IMG/VR virus record: IMGVR_UViG_3300032282_001105
Coordinates: 8,306-72,305 of that record
DNA from: a virus
Direction: 5' to 3' (one strand)
DNA length: 64,000 nucleotides
The notes beneath the pieces are model-generated. The model searched no databases, was not told where the DNA came from, and saw nothing but the letters and a program-made list of their open reading frames with translations. This document shows, piece after piece, positions 10,201 to 23,400 of the stretch; position 1 is the first letter of the stretch, and each line of letters begins with the position of its first letter. Both the position numbers and the translations under genes were made by a program.

Positions 10201-10510
10201 AAGTCAATTACAGAATCTATTTAATAATGCAAAGATTCAAGTTCCTAATTATGGTGGTAATCCTGCAACGACAGGAGAGACTGCAGGAACAGCCGCACTA
10301 GACAAAGCAACAGAAAGATTAGAAAAAATAAGAGAGGTCGCCGCAGAAAGTAGACAACAACGAGTTGTAGTAAGTCAAGCAAATATTGCTTATGTAAAAG
10401 CAGTAGAAGAATTACCTGCAGGAGATCCGGGTATTGAAGCAGCCGCAGAAAAAGTCAAAACAGAAAGACTAATATTGAGCGAGATAGCTGACAGGCTTTT
10501 AAAGTTATAA
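7268..10510 (+). CDS. Baseplate central spike (gp5/VgrG-like) with long Ala/Gly/Ser-rich C-terminal extension
   Basis: OB-fold motifs DNIDPIRSGRLRVYI and PPDIGTTVICIF, then GHSIVMDD/GHQILMSD and beta-helix-like repeats. Confidence 0.8.
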   Translation: MANNIFKPKGATSSGKLGAGGAVVSPVPVFGVVKDNIDPIRSGRLRVYISDMGGTDPDDSNSWVTVSYMTPFYGLTEGTGDKTGYGTYLQNPVSYGMWSSPPDIGTTVICIFINGDTNYGYWIGCVPEPEALYMVPANGSTETAVLNASESNSYGGAKKLPVTNINTNNNEINESATFFNEPKPVNSYLAGVLNQQGLIRDTIRGTIGTSAQRESPSRVGWGVNTPGRPIYEGGFTDETIADAATGSGQQSSLKITSRRVGHSIVMDDGDLLGRDQLVRLRSSLGHQILMSDDGQCLFIIHANGQSWVELGKEGTIDMYATNSVNIRTQGDLNLHADNNINMHAKKDFNLYGENVTINSDKKTDFRIGTDYSIQSLGKYTLKVGAGMSLSSAGEASVASSAATFINGSKVNLNTGSAGLVPADVKPLTTIAHTDTLYDPTKGWAAAPSALLSITSRAPAHSPWNSANQGVDVKVDNNASANFPSAPAPAVATANASVPGTPPVPVTAAAAATVPVTGAISKAVPAIPTAALVSQTAATAASGIAKDAVAKGAGVVQTATGAVGSVGKLAQSPEQMEAAGILKSGSAVLIASLISQGKTIEEAMTDNLFTGMPGAENLQAYIASTTSQVKAQVANFQQAQTKLTQAGVITGNEDASQITGAINAVSGVGIDATVDLIKTASNGNGFGVSGVVSTAVGATNKVLGDVKSLVSSGNYAANMATKMTGGLTSLTTSLDGLKKTIGGGVAGLLDSAKGIAAGAFAAITKGFPSLKAGVPQNLKQIADKATNDIQSAGTNASDVASIVKSAASASGIDVAAIASGKASSAINGLDSINTAVATAVGSTTNVVTALENAESAVSATLPASVASGLNNLPGAQNAVSTVIKGGVSAVNLVPGVTGIKNSIKDITASVTTGSGAANALVNQLKQPGISLFQKASLGLSPAALTLLENSIAQISSEGGTQIKPPTVGTSTDNTRPALASQLQNLFNNAKIQVPNYGGNPATTGETAGTAALDKATERLEKIREVAAESRQQRVVVSQANIAYVKAVEELPAGDPGIEAAAEKVKTERLILSEIADRLLKL

Positions 10511-10513
10511 ATA
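10506..10513 (+). promoter_or_regulatory. T4-type late promoter TATAAATA
   Basis: Exact T4 late consensus 16 nt upstream of the gp25-like ATG. Confidence 0.65.
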
Positions 10514-10529
10514 TAGTATAGGATAAAAT

Positions 10530-10979
10530 ATGCCAACATACGTAGGATTCTCAACAATTGGTGCTAATGAACCCAAAACAACCAATGCCAGTACTGGCAT
10601 AGACGGTGGTACAGGTGGTGTACTAAAGCCAACTATACCGGGTAAAAAGTATCGTATTGTTGATGAAGCATTAGTTGTTAGAGATTTTGTCAACTCATTA
10701 AACATACAACAAGGTCAAAAAGTTGGTAATCCGGGATATGGTTCTACTATTTGGAGTTATATTTTTGAGCCAAATGATGCTGATACTCAGTTAAAAATTG
10801 AAAATGAAATACGTAGGATCGCTAGCAATGATCCTAGATTGATTGTCAATACTGTAAAGAGTTATACTCAGGATAATGGTATATTACTTGAAGTAGAATT
10901 AGCTATTGCACCCTTCAATAATGCTGAAATATTGAGTGTTTTCTTCAATAATTTAACTAATACTGCTAGCTTACAATAA
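10530..10979 (+). CDS. Baseplate wedge / sheath initiator (gp25-like)
   Basis: GQKVGNPGYGSTIWSYIFEP...DPRL matches the gp25/GPW pattern; size and synteny agree. Confidence 0.85.
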   Translation: MPTYVGFSTIGANEPKTTNASTGIDGGTGGVLKPTIPGKKYRIVDEALVVRDFVNSLNIQQGQKVGNPGYGSTIWSYIFEPNDADTQLKIENEIRRIASNDPRLIVNTVKSYTQDNGILLEVELAIAPFNNAEILSVFFNNLTNTASLQ

Positions 10980-11027
10980 CAAAAACCGTAGTTTTCATTT
11001 AAGATAAATACTTAAAAGAGAATAACT

Positions 11028-14000
11028 ATGGCTACAAGTTCAAGACAATCAGCAATATTTGGTGTTCAGAATTGGCAACAAATCTATCAAACTTTTCGTG
11101 AAGCCGATTTCAAAAGCTACGATTATGAGACCCTGCGTAAGAGTTTCATTGACTATCTACGTACATACTATCCTGAAACATTCAATGATTACATTGAATC
11201 CAGCGAATTTATTGCTCTATTAGACGTTATTGCGTTTATGGGACAAGGTCTTGCCTTTCGCAATGACTTAAATACACGTGAAAACTTTATTGATACGGCT
11301 GAACGTAGAGATAGTGTTGTTAAACTAGCTAACTTAGTAAGCTATAATCCAAAAAGAAACATTGCAGGACAAGGCTATCTTAAAGTAACAAACATTAGTA
11401 CCACCGAAAACATTACAGATATCAATGGTATCAATTTAAGTAACCAAACTATTCTTTGGAATGATCCTGCAAATGCTAGTTGGTTAGAACAATTTAACAC
11501 TATTATTAATGCTACATTGATTAATAGTCAACGTGTTGGTCGTCCTGGAAACAGCCAAGACTTATTGGGCATAAAGACAGACGAGTACAGTATCAATATT
11601 CCTCCTGCTAGTTTGCCCATCGTACCATTCAGTAGTACTGTGGATACTATCAATATGAATTTTGAATTAGTTAGTGCGACTAGTTTGGATCAAGATTATG
11701 TTTATGAAATTCCTCCTGCACCAAGTGGCAAGATGAATATGATGTATCGTAACGACAAATTAGGTTACGGTAGTCCAAATACAGGATTCTTCTTTTATTT
11801 TAAACAGGGCACATTACAGACTTATGATTTTAATTTAGCCCAACAGATTAGTAACCAAGTAGTTGATATTGACATTCAAGGTATTAACAATACTGATACT
11901 TGGTTATATCAAATCAATGCTAGCAATGGTGGTAGAACATTGTGGAGATTAGTAGACAGCGTTTATGCAAATGCAAGTTTACAAACAGAGACTAGTTATA
12001 AAAAGGTATTCTCTGTTGTTTCACGATTCAATGACCAAGTTAGTTACACTTTCGGTGATGGAGTATTTTCCGAAGCTCCAGTTGGAACGTTTAGAGCATA
12101 TGTACGTGGCGGTAATGCATTGACATATACTATCGACCCAACTGAAATGCAGGGGATTCAAGTAACAATACAGTATATTAGTAGAGTAGGACGAACAGAA
12201 GCACTTACAATAGGATTATCATTACAAACACCAGCTTCAACAGCGCAAGCCAGAGAATCATTAGCAAACATTAAACTACGTGCTCCTGCTCGATATTATA
12301 CTCAAAATAGAATGGTTAATGGTGAAGATTATACAAATTTCCCATATACATTATACAGTTCAATTATTAAAAGTGCCGCTATTAATCGCAGTTCTATTGG
12401 CGTGTCTAAAAACTTAGACCTACTTGATCCTACAGGAAAATACTCCAGCACGAATTCATTTGCAGGTGACGGTGGCTTATATCAAAATAGTGATAATGGT
12501 AACTTACCGTTAACTATCAATAACACCGGCGACATTATTCAGTTTTTAACTGATAACCTTGCAGTGGCGTTAGCAGACAATAGAGCAAAGCAATATTACT
12601 TACAAAATTATCCACGCTATAATATTAATACAGCATCTGGTGATGGTACAGTATATTGGAATACAAGTACAGTAGATGCAAATAGTATCACTGGTTACTT
12701 TTATAATATAGATGGTTCATCTAATCTACCAATTGCTACTGGTACATATAATACTCATAATATGAAGTATGTAACTAAAAGTGCATTAATTAAAGTTACT
12801 GCACCAACTGGTGCTTACTTTGACGAGAACAATCGATTGGTATACGGTATTGCAAGCCCAAGTGATACATTATTCTATTGGACAACTGTATTGAATGTTA
12901 TTGGTGATGGTTATAATAATGGTATAGGAAATTTTAGTAATGGTTCAGGACCAGTTACATTGAATGGTTTTGTACCACAAGGTGCGATTATTTCGCAGGT
13001 TATTCCTGCTTTCCAAAACACATTGCCATCTACAGTTATTACTGAAGCTAGAATCAAAATGGAATTGAATCAAAGTTTCAGCTTGATATTTAATAACTCA
13101 TTATTAATTACTCAGGATCGTTGGAGTATTGATGTGTATAATGCCACTGGGTGGTTTATAAACTTTAATAGTGTAGGAAATAACAAATACCAAATTGCAT
13201 ATAGGTCGTTGCGTTATTACTTTGGTAGTGTTGCAGATACACGTTTCTGGTATGAAACTGGTAAGTTAGTATATGATCCATTTACAGGTAAGATACTAGC
13301 TGACTACGTTAAAGTATTGCCATCTAATACACAGCCTGACAGTAATTATCCTTTAGCAAGACCGGTACAGATGAATGTAATTGGTCAGACAGTAGAGAGT
13401 GACGGTTATGTAAATGATTTTGAAGTTGAAGTAGCAAGTATAGATGTAAACAATAAAGAAATTGTAACAGACCCTGACTTCTTCCAAACAGTTACAGGAT
13501 ATACAACTGGTGGAAATAACACAGGTATATATACTTTCTTTGAATTAATTCAAGATGCAATAAACTTATCACGTTATCAATTGATTGCAACAAGTGATGT
13601 TGTATATCAATACCCAACGTTATCAAATGTTGAAGTAGTAAAATATGAATATCCATTAGGACAGATTTTCTATGCTTATAGTGATAATATTTTTTACACT
13701 ACAGTACAAGATACTAGCGTTACCACACCGTATTACATAGTAGTTGAACAACCACAATATAGTATGCAGCCAGGCAGACAAGCATTGGCATACCAATATA
13801 GACACAATAGTAATAATACAACACGTATTGATCCTGCCACAACAAACATTATTGATTTATATTTGGTAACACAATCATATTATACTCAATATCAAAATTG
13901 GATACAAGACACAACTGGCACAGTACCTAAACCAAACGTACCTACTATCAATGAATTACAGCAGGCATATGGTAATTTAGATCAGTATAAAATGCTATCT

Positions 14001-14399
14001 GATAGTGTAATACCTAACAGTGTTCGTTTTGTTCCTTTGTTTGGAACAAAAGCACCTGCTCAGTTACAAGGTACAGTTAAGGTAATCAAATCACAATCAA
14101 CGAATGCAAGTGATAGTGAGATTCGTAGTGCTGTACTATCAGCTATGAATAGTTATTTTAATATTAACAACTGGAGCTTTGGAGACACGTTTTATTTTAG
14201 TGAATTAAGTGCATACTTACACGCACAGTTAGGTGATATAGTAAGCTCAGTCGTATTAGTACCAAACGATCCTACAATGTCATTTGGAGATTTGTATGAA
14301 ATTAAGTCAGCACCATTTGAAATTTTTGTCAATGGTGCAACAGCAAATGATGTGGTTGTGATTGCGGCTTTAACTCCAGTGCAATTACAAATAAGATAA
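11028..14399 (+). CDS. Baseplate wedge subunit (gp6/baseplate J-like)
   Basis: DFKSYDYETLRKS, ENFIDTAERRDSVVKLA, FGDGVF and QNRMVNGEDY motifs. TAAATA at 11005-11010. Confidence 0.85.
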   Translation: MATSSRQSAIFGVQNWQQIYQTFREADFKSYDYETLRKSFIDYLRTYYPETFNDYIESSEFIALLDVIAFMGQGLAFRNDLNTRENFIDTAERRDSVVKLANLVSYNPKRNIAGQGYLKVTNISTTENITDINGINLSNQTILWNDPANASWLEQFNTIINATLINSQRVGRPGNSQDLLGIKTDEYSINIPPASLPIVPFSSTVDTINMNFELVSATSLDQDYVYEIPPAPSGKMNMMYRNDKLGYGSPNTGFFFYFKQGTLQTYDFNLAQQISNQVVDIDIQGINNTDTWLYQINASNGGRTLWRLVDSVYANASLQTETSYKKVFSVVSRFNDQVSYTFGDGVFSEAPVGTFRAYVRGGNALTYTIDPTEMQGIQVTIQYISRVGRTEALTIGLSLQTPASTAQARESLANIKLRAPARYYTQNRMVNGEDYTNFPYTLYSSIIKSAAINRSSIGVSKNLDLLDPTGKYSSTNSFAGDGGLYQNSDNGNLPLTINNTGDIIQFLTDNLAVALADNRAKQYYLQNYPRYNINTASGDGTVYWNTSTVDANSITGYFYNIDGSSNLPIATGTYNTHNMKYVTKSALIKVTAPTGAYFDENNRLVYGIASPSDTLFYWTTVLNVIGDGYNNGIGNFSNGSGPVTLNGFVPQGAIISQVIPAFQNTLPSTVITEARIKMELNQSFSLIFNNSLLITQDRWSIDVYNATGWFINFNSVGNNKYQIAYRSLRYYFGSVADTRFWYETGKLVYDPFTGKILADYVKVLPSNTQPDSNYPLARPVQMNVIGQTVESDGYVNDFEVEVASIDVNNKEIVTDPDFFQTVTGYTTGGNNTGIYTFFELIQDAINLSRYQLIATSDVVYQYPTLSNVEVVKYEYPLGQIFYAYSDNIFYTTVQDTSVTTPYYIVVEQPQYSMQPGRQALAYQYRHNSNNTTRIDPATTNIIDLYLVTQSYYTQYQNWIQDTTGTVPKPNVPTINELQQAYGNLDQYKMLSDSVIPNSVRFVPLFGTKAPAQLQGTVKVIKSQSTNASDSEIRSAVLSAMNSYFNINNWSFGDTFYFSELSAYLHAQLGDIVSSVVLVPNDPTMSFGDLYEIKSAPFEIFVNGATANDVVVIAALTPVQLQIR

Positions 14400-14425
14400 G
14401 TATATATAACAACTAGAGAGTTATA

Positions 14426-17400
14426 ATGGCAGCACGAATTAGAACACTAAATTTTTTACCAGATATATTCCAAACACCTACTAATGCACAATTTTTAGGT
14501 GCAACACTGGATCAAATTGTTGACCAACCCAACACGATGCGAATCGAGGGTTACATTGGTAGTAAATTTGGTTATGGAATTAATGCCAAAGATAATTATG
14601 TAATTGAACCTACAAAAGTACGCACAGACTATCAATTAGATCCGGGTGTAGTTTTTACAAAAACAAATACAAGTACTGCTAAAGATTTCATAAGCTATCC
14701 AGGTATCATTGACGCATTAAAATTAGAAGGTGCAATTACAGATAACAATGATAGATTGTTTAATAGTCAATTCTATTCTTGGGATAGTTTTACTAACTTA
14801 GATAAGATTATTAACTTTAATCAATACTATTGGTTGCCAACAGGTGCACCGGCAGTTAACATATCAACTGACATTGTTTATACCGCAACAGATTATACTG
14901 TTCAAAGTTTGCCTAATGGATATAAAATCTCTAGTGATGTTAATCCAGGTGGAACGACTAACCCAACATTAACATTGATTCGTGGCGGCACATACACGTT
15001 TACAGTAAATCAATCTAGTGAATTTTGGATTCAAGGTAAACCTGGCATTACTGGATATGATCCACAACAACCAAACATACAAACACGTGATGTATTAGGT
15101 GTAGAAAATAACGGCACTTCTACTGGAGTAGTCGTATTCACTGTACCATATAAAGATGCACAAAATGAATATAATTTCCCGGGTAATAATTTAGTAGATG
15201 TTGTATCTACATTACCTTTCGACCAAATCAATGGTCAATTATTAAGTGATGTTGGCAATATAGATGGTGTGACAGGCCTTGAAGGGCTTACTGTTATGTT
15301 CTATAACACTGGCAGCCCTTTTTTAGTTTCAGCAGGATCGTTTGTAGTAGGAACTACTTATACGATTACAGATTTAGGTGATACCACGCAACTTCAATGG
15401 AATACTATTGCCGGAACAAGTAGTGTTACATATGCAGTAGGTGATAGTTTTATTGCAGCCGCAGTTGGTACTGGTACAGGCACAGCAAAAGCATTAACTG
15501 GATATGTTTCTAAATTTTATGATACTACATTGTATGATGAGGATGGTGGAGTAAGTTATACTCCTCCGGGTACAACAGCAGATTTTAATAATTATGAAGG
15601 TGGATACTACACAGATATCTATTCTACTTTCTATACTATAACGTATGAAGGCTCTGCTTCTGATCCAGTGTTACGTTTAGTACCATCAACTGCTATTCCA
15701 ACAAGTCAAAAAATCACAGTTACCTACGGTACACAATGGAAAGCAAGAAACTTCTATCGTACTACAGTTGGTACTATTAATCTTATTCCGTACCTAAGTG
15801 CTATACTTGATACATTATATTATCAGGATAGTGTTAGTGTAAATAAAGTAGGTATTATTAGATTAATTGAAAATAATTCTACTAATCAAATAGATATCAA
15901 TGATATATTAGGTAGGGAACAATATACCAGTCCAAATGGTGTAGTATTTACTAATGGACTAAAAGTTTCTTTTTCTGGCGATATATTCCCTACAAGTTAT
16001 AAAACAGGGGAATATTATGTAGAAGGTGTTGGTACTGCAATAGAATTAATTGATACTTCTACACTTATTGCTCCAGAACCTTTTACTGAAGGTTCGTATA
16101 TTCCATACGATACATTGCCTTATGATGACGGTAATTACGACAGCACCTTGTATGTCCCTGTATATCAGGATTATATAACTATTGCAAGAAATAGTATAGA
16201 CAAAAATGCTTGGTCAAGAAGTAATCGTTGGTTTCACATTGATGTTATCAATGCCACTGCTACATATAACAATAATCCAGATATAGCAACTGTATATGCA
16301 ACACAGTACAATAAAGCAAAACGCCCTATCATTGAGTTCTATCCTAACTTAAGATTATTTGATAACGGTATAATAGGTAAGGCACCTATTGATTTCTTTG
16401 ATGATAGAACAACAGACGCATTTACATATGTAGCTGGTCAAGAAAACTATTGGCCAGATGTTGAAGTATTTACTGCTTATACTGCCGCAATTGCCGGAGT
16501 TACTGGAGATACAACAACTACTATAACTGTTTTAGAAAATGACGTTACCGGAACATTCCAAGTAGGTCAATTTATTAGTGATACAACTAATCAATTACCA
16601 AGCAATACTCAAATCACTGATATAGCATCTGCTACAGTCGATGGAGTAACAACACTAACTCTTACAGTTGAATGGATTACACCTGCTAATGTAGGTACAG
16701 TTACAGATGCATCACTTGTTGCAGATGATGTATCAAACGACAACTATTCATTATATGATGGTGCAAGAATCGTATTCTCAGTTGATACTAATCCAGAAGT
16801 TAAAAACAAAATTTACGTTGTAAGATTATCTGACATTGCAGGTGATGGAACAAAAGTAATAACACTTACCGAAGCAGATGATGGATTGGTGTTACCATTA
16901 GAATGTACATTTGCTTTTAAAGGCTTTAACAATCAAGGTAAAGATTTTTATTTTGATGGTGTTGAATGGTTCTTAGCACAACTAAAAACTACTGTAAATC
17001 AAGCACCGTACTTTGATATATTTGATAATGATGGTATTAGTTTTGGTAACACAGATGTTTATGTAGGTACTTCATTCAAAGGTAATAAATTATTCAGTTA
17101 TGGAATTGGTAGTGGTATAAAAGATATTGTATTGGGTTTCCCACTACGTTATAGTTCTGTAAATAACGTAGGTGACATTAGTTTTGATGTCCCTTTAAAT
17201 AGCGCAACCTTTAATTATGTTAACGGTACAACTCCTAAAACACAGCAAGTTAATACAGGTTATGTATATAATTACACGTCGGGTACAAATGTAGTTAGAC
17301 AATTGGGATGGCAAACTGCTGTTGCAGAAAGTCGTCAATATCAAATATTTTCTTTTAACTATGTTGCATCTGAAGCGACAACAACCTATACTTGTGATAT

Positions 17401-20400
17401 AGCTGCCGAAACAAACACAGTATGGCCTAATATTCAAGTTTATGTTAATAACGTTCTACAGGCAAAAGATACCTACACATATACAATTAATGCAAACTCT
17501 ACCGTTGTTAATTTTACAGTTCCTGATCCCTCAATTGATACAATTGTAGAGATAACGTTATTAAGTGACCAAGTAAGTAAAACTGCATACTATCAAGTAC
17601 CTATTAATTTACAAAATAACCCATTTAATGCAGATGTTACAGTTGTAAATGTTGGTGATATTCGTGGTCAATATCAAAGTATTTTCTATAATAATCCAAA
17701 CACAACTGGAGTTGTATTTGGTGCAAACAACTATCGTGACTTGGGTAATCTTGTGCCGTGGGGCACTAAGATAATTCAAAATAGTGCGTCATTGGTATTA
17801 CCAGGCTCATTGTTAAGATTACAAAATCATAACTTAATTAATTCAATACAATATAGTAGTCAGCAATATATAAATTTTAAATCATTGTTAGTATATACTA
17901 TAGATAAAACAGAATACAATGTTCGTCAATCTCCTGCAACTATATTAGATGATGCATTGGATCAAATCACATCAAATAAAACTAATACAGAACCTTTCTT
18001 CTGGAGTGATATGTTACCAAGTAAGGCGGCATATGTTACTAATACTTATACATTTGCTAACTCATTGGATGTAAGTATCTATCCTTTAACAAGAATTTAT
18101 AATTATAGTACTGCTAATTATTATGGCGTGTTGGTATATTTGACAACAACAGTAGGTAATATTACTACTACTGTACAGCTCATTATTAACCAAGATTATA
18201 CAATAAGTACAGATAGTCCTTCTCTTACTATTACTAAAGATTTAGCACCCGGCGATATTATAACCATTAGAGAATATAATCAAACATTCGGTAGTTATGT
18301 TCCAAACACTCCTACTAAACTAGGACTATATCCTTCATTCATACCTTCAGTAGTACTTGATTCTGATTATTCACAGCCTACATACTTTATTCAAGGACAC
18401 GATGGATCTTACAATAAACTATACGGTGATTATATTGATGGTTATTTAATTGACTTTAGAGATCAGGCTTTATTAGAGTTTGAAAAACGAGTTTATAATA
18501 ATTTAAAACTATCAGATATTGTTCCTGTTACTGAGTATGATGTTATTCCGGGCTTCTTTAGAACGACCAATTATTCATATGATGAAATATTACAGATATA
18601 CAGTCAATATTTCTTAAATTGGGTTGGGCAGAATAGACTTGAATATAAGAAACAATTCTATCAACCTAATGATGAATTCAGTTATAACTATACTCAATCT
18701 GGCAATAAGATTAATGGTCAAGCTTTTGAACAAGGCTTCTGGAGAGGTATATACGAATATTTCTATGACACTAGCACACCAAATTTAACTCCTTGGGAAA
18801 TGATTGGTTTTAGTAATGAACCTACTTGGTGGACAAGTCGTTATGGTGCATCCCCGTATACAAGTGACAACTTAGTATTATGGGGTGATATGGCAGCAGG
18901 TATTAACTGGAACAACGGTGATCCAATCGTATTACCACAGTTTATCAGAGAACAGTTGTTAGAAGTTATTCCTGTTGATAGTGCCGGTAACTTGTTATCA
19001 CCGTTTGATGCGGTGATGGGTAACTACAATCAAAAAACATTCCGTAACAATTGGGTGGTTGGAGATGTAGGCCCAGTTGAGTTCAGTTATCGTAGAAGTA
19101 GTAGTTGGCCTTTCGATTTAATGAAGATTCTTGCCCTTACTAAACCTGCTCAATTCTTTAACTTAGGGTTTGATGTAGATAACTACAAATACAGTAGTGA
19201 GTTTAATCAATTTTTGGTTAACAATCGTAGTCACTTAGTGATTAGTGATGTTGCTATATATGGTAACGGAACAGCAAAAACAAGTTATGTTAACTGGATA
19301 GTTGATTATGAAAAACAAGCTGGTATTACTGCCACAGAAAATATCACTGAGCTATTCGATAACTTAGATGTACGATTAATTTATAGATTAGCTGGATTCA
19401 GTGATAAGAGTTTGCTTGGCTTCTTTGTTGAAAAAGGTACTCCTAACAGTAGAAACGCTTCACTGTTAATACCTGACGAAAGTTATAGTGTAATCTTATA
19501 TGATAATGTACCTATATCTACTATAATTTATAGTGGTGTGGTCGTACAAAGCACAAGTACCGGCTGGAAAGTATTTGGTAATTCACAAGATACTGCGTAT
19601 TTCACAACAGTAACACCAAAAATTAACGGTAATTATAACAAAGTAACAGTGGGTAACCAGTCTGTACAAATTGCCAATGACTACACAGAAACAAAAATTA
19701 ATATAGTACCGTATGGCACTGAGTTTGTTGATATACAATCATTGAGTCAGTTCATTGCAAGTTACGGACAATTCTTGTTAACACAGGGTGTATTGTTTGA
19801 CCAAATTGAATCTGGTATAGATGTTAATTGGCGTCAGATGATTACAGAATTATTATATTGGATACAATCAGGTTGGGAAAATGGTAGCTTAATTAACTTG
19901 AATCCGGCTGCAAATTTAATTACTATTAATAAAGAAAGTCACGTAGTTCAACCTTTGACATTACAAAAACAAAACTTCATATTGAATCAAAACTTCTATC
20001 CAATACAAAGTACCGACTTGTCTGTTAACCGTGATAGCACATTTTTCAGCGCAAGACCGTTAAATGAAGGTGACACTGTTGCATATGGTCAATTCAATAT
20101 TAGCAATTTTGAACATGGTATTGTTTTTGATAATGTAACATTATTCAATGATGTGTTATATAACTTAACAACAGGTTTAAGACAGAATCGTATTCTAACA
20201 AGAGGTACTAAGTCCGCAGATTGGAATGGTACTATTGATGCACAAGGCTTTATTCTTAACCAAGACAACATTGAAGAATGGAGTCCAAATCAGAAATATA
20301 CAAGAGGCAGTATTGTTAAGTATAAAAACAAGTATTGGTTTGCATTAAAAGTATTAAATGCAAAAGATATATTTGAAGAACAATATTGGAAAGAAACAGA

Positions 20401-23400
20401 TTATAATGAAATTCAGAAGGGCTTGTTACCAAATAGTTCAACACGTTCATATGAATCTACGTTGTTTTATGATACAAACAAAGCTAACTTAGACCAAGAT
20501 AGTGATTTACTAAGCTGGTCATTGATTGGCTATCGTCCACGTGATTATCTAGCTTTAGCGGATCTCACAGATATTACTCAAGTTAATGTTTATAAGAACC
20601 TTATCAAAGAAAAAGGTACAAGAGTTGCTACTGATACGTTTAGAGGATTAACGTTACCCCAAGGTGGTATCGATTATGATATCTATGAAAACTGGGCGAT
20701 TAAGACTGGTGAGTTTGGCGGTGTATTAAACAATAACTTTGTTGACTTCCGATTAAATCAAAATGTATTAACAAGTAATCCTAGCATTGTAGGATTAACT
20801 AATGGAACATTCACGACCGGAGTACAACAAGAAGTACCAACATATTCTATATTCAATTATGGAAGACCTGTCAATAGTCCTAATGTATTACCTACACTAC
20901 CTTCTGATACTCCAAACAGATTATTACCAGATGCAGGATATGCAAACTTTAACGATATTAAAATATCATCATATTACTATAATGGATTGAATACTGCGGT
21001 TACTCCTCTGTCACAGTTATATGTAAATGAGTATGTATGGTTAGCTGATTACAATAGTACTTGGCAAGTATATACTCCTACAAGTGCTGGACAAGTTATT
21101 GGCGCAGTAAATAATTTAAACGGCACAGTAACTATTCAGTTTGCAACGCAACATAATTTAACCAAATATCAACCGTTTGCTATTGTTAATTTTAATAGCA
21201 ACATTAATGGATACCGTATTGTTGCAAGTGTAGTAGACGCTTTTAGAATAACAATAGCATTAAACATATCTCCATCTATTACTGGTATTACTGGTAACGG
21301 AGTAGCATTTAAATTCTCATCACAACGTGTTGCTACACCTAGCGATATTAACAATTTACCATTACTAGATAGCGAATTTGTAAAAAATAAAGTTTGGGTT
21401 GATGAAAATAATGATGGATCTTGGGCTGTATATAGTAAGAGTTTAAATTATGTATTCAATGATGAATTACTAAAAACAGGATCATCAACATACGGCAGTG
21501 CTGTAGCACAAACTTCTGCATTGGGATATTTAATTACTGATGCTACTGCAGGTAAAGCATATCGTTATAGTTATAATGTAGTTTTTGATACTTATAGTAT
21601 TGTTCAAACACTCGACCACGATGTATCTTTTGGTACTAGTATTACATATACCGATGATATATTTGTAATCAGTGAACCAACTAGCGGGTCACCTAAAGTT
21701 TATGTTTATCAATTAGAACAAACAACATTAGTTGACCAACTTAACTTGATTCAAACAATTACAGCAGAAGACGGTTCAACAAATTGGGGTAGTGCAATAT
21801 CTGTATCCGGCGATAAGAATTGGTTATATATATCTGCTACTGATTTGAATAGAGTTTATGTTTATCGCAAATCTAACCCAAATACATATTCAGCTGGAAC
21901 ATTCACTGTAGGTAAATCGTACACCATTACCTCATTGGGTACTACTACACAAAATGAGTGGAATATTATTGCTGGAACTAATTTGAATCCAGAGCCGGTA
22001 GTGTATTCTGTTGGTAGCAGTTTTGTTTGTGCAGATCCCGGTACTGGATCCGGCACAGCAACGGATATTACATATGTTCAAGTAACTTACCTGTCAACAA
22101 CACTCTCTCCGGGTGATAATTTTGGTTACGCACTTGCTACAAATTACTATGGTAACACCGTAGTTACAAGTGCACCAGAAAAAGATACAATTGTTGCTGA
22201 TTTAGGTACTGCATACTCCTTTGAAAGAATAGTGCAAAATTTTGAGGCGTCTTATAATAGTTTACCATTTACGCCACAAACGTTTAGTTTGATATTCACT
22301 CCGAATACAACGCCTGTCACGGTTACTGCTACTAATTCAGGTACAGACCGTTTTACTTGTGCTAGTAGTGCAAGTTTAGTAGTCGGAGATCCTATTGTCT
22401 TTACGGGGACAGTATTTGGTGGAGTGTCATTGAATACTGTATATTATGTATTAGCTAAACCAACAGGTACTACATTCACTGTATCTACTGAACTCGGCGG
22501 TTCAATATTACAACTGACTACAGATAGTGGTTCTATGATTGCTGTTCAACAAACTGAACCAATATTTGTTAGCGTTAACGGAACATTGATTGATGATAGC
22601 AATTACGGAGTAACAAACTCGTCTATCAATATCTACTCATCATTAACAGCAGGTGATATCATTACTGTCAGTGGTTCTGAATTTGTCTTAACACAGGAAT
22701 TTGCATCAGTAGATTCTAACCCAGAAGTTGGTACAAACTTTGGTTATAGTTTAGATGTAGATAATTATGCGAATGAAATATTGATTGGTGCACCGTTTGA
22801 AATCAATAGTCAAAATGAAGAAGGTGCTGTTTATCGTTATACTAATAGCGGTGGCAGTTATGGTATAGTAACTGGAACTACTGAATGTAATGTTCTTACA
22901 CCTGTTACTATACTAGTCAACGGTTACTCAGTATTAATTCCTGCAGGAAATGCTTCTACTGTCGCAAGTGCTATTGCTTCAGCCAAAATTACTAATGTTA
23001 CTGCATCCGCTTCTGCTAATAATATTTTAACTATTCAAGTTATAAGTGTTGACTTAGCATATATCAATGCTAAGTTAACCGTATCAGTTTTAGATGCTAC
23101 TGTACTAGATCAATTAGGTATCCAGTTATATACACAAACACAATTAATCAATGATCCACATAGTCAAGGTAGAACTCAGTTTGGTAGCACAATCAAGTTT
23201 AATGAAAGTGGATCGTTTGTAGTAAGTGCTCCGGCATCAGCAAGATATTCTGACACTACATTTGATGCAAGTGATGATGAAAATTATAACAATGACACAT
23301 TGTTTGATAATAATACAACACAGTGGATAGATTCATTTAACAATGCCGGTGCAGTATATATGTATGATTACTTGCCAGTATATAATGAATCTGTAATTAA

